A stretch of 64,000 bases of DNA from an uncultured virus (IMG/VR IMGVR_UViG_3300014203_000013) (taxonomy: Duplodnaviria > Heunggongvirae > Uroviricota > Caudoviricetes): IMG/VR virus record IMGVR_UViG_3300014203_000013. One strand, given 5' to 3'. Both the position numbers and the translations under genes were made by a program. Of this stretch, positions 56,990 through 64,000 are shown in pieces. The first letter of the stretch is position 1. Each line of letters starts with the position of its first letter. Under the pieces are notes generated by a model, which was not told the DNA's origin, made no database searches, and was given only the letters and a program-made list of their open reading frames with translations.

Positions 56990-57232
56990 CTATTTATTCT
57001 CTTTTGGTTTTGTGTCATAGCACATTTTACAATAGCAATGTGATTCTACTAATTTTCCGTCTCTATATGTTTCTTCCGTTGTCCAAGTATGAGGTTTCGG
57101 TTCCACATAACTTTCGTCTGAAAGCTTTAGCATGGTTGTCCCGCAGATCTGACAGACTTGGCAAGGCTTAGGCGATTCCCCGCTTCCCCAAAACTTCTTT
57201 TCACCGCATTTACAAGTAAAGTATTTCATCAT
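56990..57232 (-). CDS. Zinc-binding small protein
   Basis: CKCG...CQVCQICG...CKMC; GGAGG RBS. Confidence 0.6.
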   Translation of the reverse strand: MMKYFTCKCGEKKFWGSGESPKPCQVCQICGTTMLKLSDESYVEPKPHTWTTEETYRDGKLVESHCYCKMCYDTKPKENK

Positions 57233-57244
57233 TATTCCTCCGTT

Positions 57245-58099
57245 TTAAAACATCGATATATCATCGTCTTGAAGAGTCGTTTTTGTTTCTTTATCCATCT
57301 GCCCTTTAATACGTTTAAGCATAGCCTTGATATCCTTTACGGAAGAAGATTCCTCTTTCTTCTGAAAACTGTTAATCTTTATAACTGAACGATTCTTACA
57401 ATCTGGCGAAGCACAAAACCTGCATAAGCCGCTAGGACGACATTCCTGACCATCGCTATTAAGAATTTCCACAGTCTTTTTATCCAACGAATCCAAGACG
57501 GAATCAAACGCCATGACATTTATTTTGGTGTTCTGTATCTTATGTCTGACAATCCAGAAATTGACATTAACGTCGCCATCAATAAATGGATTGTCATTAA
57601 CGGCACCGAGAAAATATATTTTAGCTTGCCAATTGTTTCCCAGTTCTTCTTTGGTAAAGACATTCTTCTGCGTCTTCAAATCAATGATATCGGCTTTCCA
57701 GTTCCTGTCTATGTCAAGTCTGTCAATATAACCGATAACAGGGATGCCGCAAGGCAGGTTGAATTTAATTTCCTTTTCAAAACCTACGGCATCAGAAATG
57801 TTCATATAGCCCCATTCCAAACAGTTCCGAGTTAATTGATCTAGGATCGGCAAGTCTTCCTCCAGCACCTTGTTTTCAGAAATAGCCTGTTCCCTATAAT
57901 AAAACGGATCTTGTTTCTCCAATTCCTTTCCTTGTGTTTTTGCTTTACATGCAAGTTCAAACATCGAATGAAATGCTTTCCCTAGTCTTGCTGATGGATT
58001 CGCATCAGGACGTATTTTTAATATATATTCTGTATAAAATTTATGTTTACACACTTCGAAAGTTTTTATCCCGCTTGCAGAAACCGACTTAATATCCAT
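57245..58099 (-). CDS. PD-(D/E)xK RecB/Cas4-like exonuclease
   Basis: SAS...C, G..FH, GYIDRLD, IDLKT, QAKIY, CRFC...C. Confidence 0.88.
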   Translation of the reverse strand: MDIKSVSASGIKTFEVCKHKFYTEYILKIRPDANPSARLGKAFHSMFELACKAKTQGKELEKQDPFYYREQAISENKVLEEDLPILDQLTRNCLEWGYMNISDAVGFEKEIKFNLPCGIPVIGYIDRLDIDRNWKADIIDLKTQKNVFTKEELGNNWQAKIYFLGAVNDNPFIDGDVNVNFWIVRHKIQNTKINVMAFDSVLDSLDKKTVEILNSDGQECRPSGLCRFCASPDCKNRSVIKINSFQKKEESSSVKDIKAMLKRIKGQMDKETKTTLQDDDISMF

Positions 58100-59285
58100 T
58101 TTTTATCCTTTTAATAAAATCTCTTACAACAACCTGTTCTGTTTTCCCGAATTTATTCAAAATCCATACCTTTAATATACTCCCAGCCTTTAAATTTTCA
58201 GGCTTTAAAGTGTTTTTTGTAAAATCCCAAAGTTCGATAAATCTACGAATTGAAGCCACAGAGTCTTTGAATTCGGGTAAAACCCCACTACAATATGGAC
58301 ATCCACCTTTATTAAACTTTCTGCTGTTTGGAGAGGCCTTAAATTCAAAATTATGTTTTAAACAATACCATAAATATTTAACATGTGAAGTCGAAGAAAT
58401 CATTTCAGGATTTTGTAGATTATTTAAACTCCATTCTTTAGCATATTCCATATCTGAAACTTTTTCGTTTATCTTTCCGGCACAAACAGGACATCCATTC
58501 CCTCCACATGCCCTAGAGTCAATCCTTGCGGACCATTCATGTCCTCTTTTACATTTCCAAAAGGCAGAATATTCCGAACCACGAGAAAAGTTTTCTGGTA
58601 ATAATGGGTAATTCTTTTCACTCCATTCTAAACAAAGTTCAGGAAAGTTATTTCTAAGATTGTTTTCTGGATTTACTCTGCGATATTTAATCAACAGTTC
58701 TTTATAAAGCTGTCGGCCCTTTATTTCAGTAAGTCCGATTTTGCCTAGTAAAGTTTTTATCACATCTTCTTGTGATTCTTTTTTATCATAACAAACATCT
58801 TCATCCCCGATTCTTTCAAGGTTTTGTCTCAGACGTATCATTCTGATTCCACTTAGAATTGCCTTGTTGTTTTTCTTAACATCTTTTGCTCGGTCCTTGT
58901 GCCAAAAAGACCCATCAACTTCTATGCCTAATTTCAATGATGGGACAAAAACATCAATTTCATATCCTAAACTTTTATCACAAGATTTAGTATCTTCGAA
59001 ATGCGACTTCATTTCCGCAAAAACTCTTAATTCCATTTTAGAAACGCGACGGCCCTTGCTACATTCAGGACATCCACACCCAGATCTAGTTCTCACCCGA
59101 ACTTCTGTTTCCCAAAGGAAACCACACTTATTACATTCCCACCATACCTTTTTCGCACTTCCACAGAAAAAGGCATCAATTGGTAAAGCATTTTTAGAAG
59201 ACCATTCCGAGACCAAGTGAGGGAACGTTTTAGAAATCAGTTCTGTTTTTGGGGTTCTATGCCATTTGGGGTTTTCTGTATTCAT
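58089..59285 (-). CDS. Putative homing endonuclease: treble-clef zinc-ribbon repeats (DUF4379-like) plus Vsr-like nuclease domain
   Basis: EWS.KN...GS.KKVWW.C...GCP.C repeats; EIDVFVP..IEVDGSFWH; more AT-rich than flanks. Confidence 0.82.
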   Translation of the reverse strand: MNTENPKWHRTPKTELISKTFPHLVSEWSSKNALPIDAFFCGSAKKVWWECNKCGFLWETEVRVRTRSGCGCPECSKGRRVSKMELRVFAEMKSHFEDTKSCDKSLGYEIDVFVPSLKLGIEVDGSFWHKDRAKDVKKNNKAILSGIRMIRLRQNLERIGDEDVCYDKKESQEDVIKTLLGKIGLTEIKGRQLYKELLIKYRRVNPENNLRNNFPELCLEWSEKNYPLLPENFSRGSEYSAFWKCKRGHEWSARIDSRACGGNGCPVCAGKINEKVSDMEYAKEWSLNNLQNPEMISSTSHVKYLWYCLKHNFEFKASPNSRKFNKGGCPYCSGVLPEFKDSVASIRRFIELWDFTKNTLKPENLKAGSILKVWILNKFGKTEQVVVRDFIKRIKNGY

Positions 59286-59308
59286 ACTTTAAGTACGAAT
59301 ATCAAAAT

Positions 59309-59440
59309 TTATGCAATGCGGCCCATTAAGGCGGAAGGATGGGTCGGAGGCTTAATTTTCAAGACATATTCAGTATAGCACTTTTTCGGGCATGTTTCGT
59401 AAGTCTTGATACAAGAAGCCGATATTTTAGTAAGCTTCAT
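59309..59440 (-). pseudogene. Orphaned original 5' end of the exonuclease gene (43 aa)
   Basis: MKLTKISASCIKTYETCPKKCYTEYVLKIKPPTHPSALMG; 22/40 identical, ungapped, to the N-terminus of 57245..58099; ATG overlaps upstream TGA. Confidence 0.85.
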
Positions 59441-59679
59441 TTGTTGAACAATTTCCTTAGAATTTCTAAACGTTCCTGAATCTTTTCATCATATTCTTTA
59501 ATCATTTTCGGAAAATCTGTTATTTGATTCCCAGTTTCTTCAAGAGCTTGTTTTTCCAAATCATGCTGTTGCTTGAGCAGACTTTCCTTTTCTCCTTCCA
59601 TTCTGCTTTTCAGTTGTTTTAAAGCGTCAAATTGTTTTTGAAACGATTCGATTTCTTTGAGTATTGCTTGTGCATCCAT
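59437..59679 (-). CDS. Small coiled-coil protein
   Basis: Heptad-rich; AAGGA RBS. Confidence 0.7.
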   Translation of the reverse strand: MDAQAILKEIESFQKQFDALKQLKSRMEGEKESLLKQQHDLEKQALEETGNQITDFPKMIKEYDEKIQERLEILRKLFNK

Positions 59680-59696
59680 TTTTTATTCCTTAAGTT

Positions 59697-61139
59697 TCAT
59701 TTCCTGACTAAACTGCACGTATTCCCTATTGGTATTTTAGTTACTGGACATATCTCAATATTGAGATAGATTTCATGAAGTTTGTTTTCCGTATTATCCA
59801 AATCTTCTTTCGTTTTGGATAAATTTTCAATGACTGATTCTAGTTTGTCTGTGATAACCCGCCATGAATCAAAATAAGAATAAATCTTTTGTCTGTCACT
59901 GATAATATTCAGACAATGGATATTTTCTTCTGCTTCTTCAATGATATCTAACGAAAGAAGTCTTGTATTTACGTCATCTAGTTTTAATAATAAGGCTTCA
60001 TGTTTTCGAAAATATTCAACTAGTTTAACAGAAGAAAGAACATCCTCCTTAATTGTCCAGTCTTCCATTTTTTGTAAATCAGGGATATCTAACAGCTTAT
60101 AAGAAACTGTCTTTACTTTTTCATTGACTTCTGTATATTTTTCCCAAATAGAAGAAAACAGTATTCGCTGAAGCGTCAAATCTTTAAGACCTTCTAAGGA
60201 AATATCATCTGTTTTTTGCAAACTTAAAACAGACGCATTCAATTTTTCTATTTTGTATGTGGATTGCAGATATCTGTCCCATAAAGATTCCATTTTCTGA
60301 TAGACAGATATGTCTTCTATTGCCTTTGACGACAAAAATTCAAGATCTTCAATTATAGGAATATTATTAATATCCATTGATATCGTTGATATTTCTTTCA
60401 GTTTTTCTTCATGAGAAGCAAATAATTGATTCATGAAAGAAATGTTTGATTCACACGTCTTAATTTCATCTTCTGTTTTTTTTACACGGGAAAGAAGGAT
60501 CTGATCCCGATAGATATCTGCTTCACTATACATCTTCCCTTCGAGTTCTTTAATTCTGTTTTCTGCTTCTGTGATTTCTCTCGTCAAACGATATTGATCA
60601 AGGCTTATCACTCTTATCATTTCTTCCGCCCCGTTAAGTCCGCAGATTTCATCAATAATTTCTGCTCTGCTTGATCCGGTGGTTTTCTTGTCTCCTATGC
60701 CGTCAATAAAAAAATGTCTTTCCAATTGATCCATTATATTGATAGGTACTTCTGTTTCTCCCAACGTGATAACCTTCATTCCAAGCACTTCGCAAGCTTG
60801 TTTAACTTCCGCCTTCCCGACTTTATCAAGCTTGATTTCACCTAGTGTATCATTTCTCTTTATAATCCATAAATTGACATCCGGACCCTTCCGGACTTCA
60901 ACTGAACCTATATTCGTTGTTATTTTGACCCGACAAAACGAAGCGCCTGTCCTAACCATTTTCTGATCAAATTGATTATACGCACATAGCTTCACTGCCC
61001 TTATGACGCTTGACTTACCGACATCTGAAAGCCCTGCTATACAATTGAATCCTGGAGAAAAATCACGGAGGAAAGTATGTTCGTGACTTTCAAAATTTTC
61101 TATTTCTATTTCTACAATATAAATCCTAGTCTTTGGCAT
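59697..61139 (-). CDS. SbcC/Rad50 (gp46-like) ATPase, N-terminal half
   Basis: IENFESH, Walker A GLSDVGKSS, Q-loop, coiled coil ending at CPVT; no Walker B. Confidence 0.8.
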   Translation of the reverse strand: MPKTRIYIVEIEIENFESHEHTFLRDFSPGFNCIAGLSDVGKSSVIRAVKLCAYNQFDQKMVRTGASFCRVKITTNIGSVEVRKGPDVNLWIIKRNDTLGEIKLDKVGKAEVKQACEVLGMKVITLGETEVPINIMDQLERHFFIDGIGDKKTTGSSRAEIIDEICGLNGAEEMIRVISLDQYRLTREITEAENRIKELEGKMYSEADIYRDQILLSRVKKTEDEIKTCESNISFMNQLFASHEEKLKEISTISMDINNIPIIEDLEFLSSKAIEDISVYQKMESLWDRYLQSTYKIEKLNASVLSLQKTDDISLEGLKDLTLQRILFSSIWEKYTEVNEKVKTVSYKLLDIPDLQKMEDWTIKEDVLSSVKLVEYFRKHEALLLKLDDVNTRLLSLDIIEEAEENIHCLNIISDRQKIYSYFDSWRVITDKLESVIENLSKTKEDLDNTENKLHEIYLNIEICPVTKIPIGNTCSLVRK

Positions 61140-64000
61140 CTTCTTTCCTTTTTAATACAAATCCACCTTCTCTGTCGTCATAGAATCTAAATGTTTTATC
61201 TTCGGAATCCTGTCCGAAATTACGCAACGGAAGGACGGCGATATCACCTTCTATGAAACGGTCTTTGAAAAGCATGACGGCACTTGAGAATACAAGAAAA
61301 TTCATTTCTTTGTTCCCGTCACTGATATAGACCCTCAAACCCTGATTCCCTGATTTAAAATTAATTTCTTTGATTCCCATGATTTCTCCCAGAACTTTAA
61401 TTCTGGTTTTTTCTGTTTCTAGTTTGGCTGTCGTATAACTGCATAGCCCCTTAACTTCCCTTGTCTGTTGACGGTATCGAGCATAGATATTGTCTGAAAA
61501 CCTGACGCTAAGCATCTCCTTTTCCATATCATCTAATGTCTTCTGATCTAATGCAGGAAGATCGATATATTTAGGTTTACTGTCAAAATTCAACACTCTG
61601 ACACTTTCTATCTCTTGGCCGATAACAACTGATTTCGCTTTGCGGATTTTACAAAGATTTTTTGACAAATTGGAAGAACTGATTTCCATGCCGTCTTGAA
61701 TCGATTCCATATGTTCGATACCGGACTTGAGATAAGGATGGGCTTTCGGTAATTTCCATTTTTCCACCCTGTCAGTTAATTCATAGAAGTGCTTGAAAAC
61801 GACTTCTCTGTCTCCGAAACAATCAAAGGCTCCTGCATAAATCAGACTTTCTACAACTCTTGTATTCGGTCTTCTTGTTTTACCTTCCGTCCCGATTTCA
61901 ACCGTACAGCGATCATAGAAGTCTTCCAGACTTGCATAAGGTTGATTTTTCACAATGGCCCCAGCGCTGTTGCTGACATTTTTTACATGTCCAAGGGCAT
62001 ACCAAAGATCATTCCCTTCAAGACGGAATTCAACACGGGATTCATTAATGCTTGGCTTGTGGACAATCATCCCCTTGTCTATCGCGAATTTAACATACTT
62101 GTCAAAGATCGTGGTGCCGAATTTTTCCTTCTTCGGGTCACTGTTCTGAAGCAAAGCTGTCATGTATTCATAGAAGTAATGATACCTTAGCCATAGTTCT
62201 GTAGTCGTAATTGCTGAATAACAAATTGCGTGACTATTAGAAGTTACATATCCGTTAGCGAAAAAAAGGTGTTCTGGAGAGTCTACTGTAATATCCATTG
62301 TTTCCATTTCTCCCATACCGAGAAGAGAAATAACTTCTAGACTTTCTCCGTTTTCCATGCAGATTCTGTAACCATTTCTAAAGATAGCATCCAAACTACA
62401 TACATTATAACCGTAATCAGTGTGGCACATAAACTTGTGGTTTAGCGTACAAACGATTTTATGCAATCCATCTTTCCCTTCCAACGAAAGCTTAACGCAA
62501 GACTTCCTTCCTGTCTTGATAATGTCCGTTACCTTGACGTATTTTTCTCCTGAAGTTTTATCAAAACCTAAAATCATGTCTCCGATTTTAAGAGAAGACA
62601 TCTTGACAACAGATCCATTTTCTTTTTTTACCTTTGTATCGGGAGATAAACATTTATTGAAGCTGTAAGACGCTGTAGATTCTATCTGATTCCAGATTTC
62701 GTTTACTTGCGCTTCTGTCATTAAACCTTTTTTGACGCATTTTTCAATTGAACCGTTGATGAATTTTGGTTTCATTTCATCCATGATGTCTTTTTTCTTC
62801 TTGCTAGCTCCCTTACGGAGACGATTTCCTTCAAGCGGTGACATTCCTGCCATTTCTACGGCAAGTTTCATTAAACCTTCCTGATAGGCTAGGATTCCGT
62901 ATGTATCTCCCAGAACATTTTCCAGAATCTGGTTTTTCTCATATTTCTTGCCGTTCTTACGTTCCGCATATTCCACATCAAGACCCACATCTTTAGGTCC
63001 AGGGCGAATAAGAGAAGTGATTGCTGCGATATCTCCTAGACAGTCGCAACCGACCTTATCCGCAATTTTCTTGGTATACGGGTTTTCAAATTGGAATATT
63101 CCCAGAAGTTCCCCGCGTGTTCCCATTTTGATAGATTCGTGATCGTCCACAGGAATATCTTTCCTATGCAGTTCAATACCCCTATTTTCCTTAACTAGCT
63201 TGATACATTTATCGATAATAGGCAAATTATTCAACGATAAAATGTCAAATTTTATATATCCCTGGCTGGACAATTCCTGCTTTTCTCCACTTTCTGACCA
63301 AGAACTCACGACACGGCCTTCTTTATCTTTGTACACCGGTATCTTTTCAGTAAGGTTAAGATTGGAAATAATGACGCCACCGGCATGTGTCCCGAAATTC
63401 TTAGCCTGATTCCTTAAAATTTCCGCGTGTTCCTTCACTTCAGGATATTTTTCAAAGTAATTGGCAAGTTCCGGCTGTGCCTTGCAGATTTCCTCAAACC
63501 CTGCTTTGTCAAGCTTCGTGTCTTCGTCACCGTCTTCTTCTCCTCCGATTTCCGCATCAAGATTCTTCGTGACTTCCATCGCTTCTTTAACGTCCAATCC
63601 AAGCGCCCTAGCAACGTCCAGGATAACGTTCTTCGTCTTGTAGGTGCCTACGGTGCCGACACTACAGACGCGTTCCTGCCCGAATTTTTCCACAAGGAAA
63701 GCTTTGACTTCATTCCTGACATCCGGCATCAAGTCCATGTCTATATCAGGAGGATCTGCTTTCCCGAATTTTTTAAAGTCAGGAGTTATCCCGTTTTTTA
63801 CCGGGTCTAAACCGCTGATTCCTAAAAGCCAGAGGATGACACTTCCAGACTTGTTATTTTCCGAAGGTTGGTTACCCCTCCTTTCGAGGATTTCTTTGGC
63901 TTTATCTGTCTGAACAAACAAAACCCACTTTTTCAAGTCTCTAATTTCATCATTATATCTTTGCCTATAGTCATTTCCTAATTTTGAAACCAACGGATCG
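61126..64000 (-). CDS. dnaE: DNA polymerase III alpha-type (family C) polymerase; open at right edge; contains an intein
   Basis: PDIDMD, GTHAGG, KFDIL, FQFE, RPGP, YQE, FNK|SHA, OB fold. Confidence 0.93.
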   Translation of the reverse strand, partial: DPLVSKLGNDYRQRYNDEIRDLKKWVLFVQTDKAKEILERRGNQPSENNKSGSVILWLLGISGLDPVKNGITPDFKKFGKADPPDIDMDLMPDVRNEVKAFLVEKFGQERVCSVGTVGTYKTKNVILDVARALGLDVKEAMEVTKNLDAEIGGEEDGDEDTKLDKAGFEEICKAQPELANYFEKYPEVKEHAEILRNQAKNFGTHAGGVIISNLNLTEKIPVYKDKEGRVVSSWSESGEKQELSSQGYIKFDILSLNNLPIIDKCIKLVKENRGIELHRKDIPVDDHESIKMGTRGELLGIFQFENPYTKKIADKVGCDCLGDIAAITSLIRPGPKDVGLDVEYAERKNGKKYEKNQILENVLGDTYGILAYQEGLMKLAVEMAGMSPLEGNRLRKGASKKKKDIMDEMKPKFINGSIEKCVKKGLMTEAQVNEIWNQIESTASYSFNKCLSPDTKVKKENGSVVKMSSLKIGDMILGFDKTSGEKYVKVTDIIKTGRKSCVKLSLEGKDGLHKIVCTLNHKFMCHTDYGYNVCSLDAIFRNGYRICMENGESLEVISLLGMGEMETMDITVDSPEHLFFANGYVTSNSHAICYSAITTTELWLRYHYFYEYMTALLQNSDPKKEKFGTTIFDKYVKFAIDKGMIVHKPSINESRVEFRLEGNDLWYALGHVKNVSNSAGAIVKNQPYASLEDFYDRCTVEIGTEGKTRRPNTRVVESLIYAGAFDCFGDREVVFKHFYELTDRVEKWKLPKAHPYLKSGIEHMESIQDGMEISSSNLSKNLCKIRKAKSVVIGQEIESVRVLNFDSKPKYIDLPALDQKTLDDMEKEMLSVRFSDNIYARYRQQTREVKGLCSYTTAKLETEKTRIKVLGEIMGIKEINFKSGNQGLRVYISDGNKEMNFLVFSSAVMLFKDRFIEGDIAVLPLRNFGQDSEDKTFRFYDDREGGFVLKRKEDAKD
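62236..62652 (-). mobile_element. Mini-intein (139 aa) in DnaE
   Basis: YSFNK|CLSPDT...CTLNHKF...DITVD..HLFFANGYVTSN|SHA; no endonuclease domain. Confidence 0.9.

Noticed and set aside
24965..58105. TAAAAAATGGA shared at all three nuclease/target junctions as an element signature
   Set aside because: The same string occurs at the ordinary gene start at 59679, so it is probably a general initiation context.
57245..59440. Group I intron explanation for the nuclease insertions
   Set aside because: The nuclease genes abut the remnant and the new ATG with only tens of nucleotides spare, too little for a ribozyme core, and the downstream gene already has a complete N-terminus.
2930..63913. Most plus-strand ORFs in the track
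   Set aside because: They are antisense to well-supported minus-strand genes and lack RBS or motifs; only 19825..20061 and 46815..47051 were kept.
1..64000. Stop-codon reassignment
   Set aside because: Long conserved genes (DnaE, NrdD, IscS) read through intact in code 11, TAA/TAG/TGA all end plausible genes, and no suppressor tRNA was seen.

Overview
AT-rich segment of a large (probably jumbo) tailed-phage genome with almost all genes on the minus strand, standard code 11, and a probably anaerobic host (NrdD/NrdG). Left end: an RNA-gene cluster (tRNA-Glu plus a degenerate copy, Pro, Asn, two Ser) with a ~450-nt structured ROOL/GOLLD-like ncRNA, a ~90-nt tRNA-mimic RNA, sigma70-type promoters and boxA elements. 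2.9-28.8 kb: many small early/accessory genes (Lar, class II aldolase, SprT-like protease, DUF4942 MTase, NUDIX, two RNA ligases, NadE) behind repeated TTGACA-N17-TAnnnT promoters. 28.9-29.8 kb: repeat-rich non-coding block (possible origin or genome end). 29.8-64 kb: metabolism, putative virion and replication genes (DHH, ClpP, RNase Z-like, IscS, patatin, ParB-like x2, NrdDG, DNA MTase, RuvC, exonuclease, N-terminal half of SbcC, DnaE with mini-intein). Most striking signal: at three loci a free-standing endonuclease gene lies between an orphaned, broken copy of a gene's original 5' end and an intact gene with a diverged replacement 5' end (exonuclease, Rnl2-like ligase, DNA MTase). This suggests homing cassettes that replace the N-terminus of their target instead of splicing. 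Also unusual are Glu and Asn tRNAs with long class II-type variable arms. All family calls come from motifs read by eye; no database searches were run.
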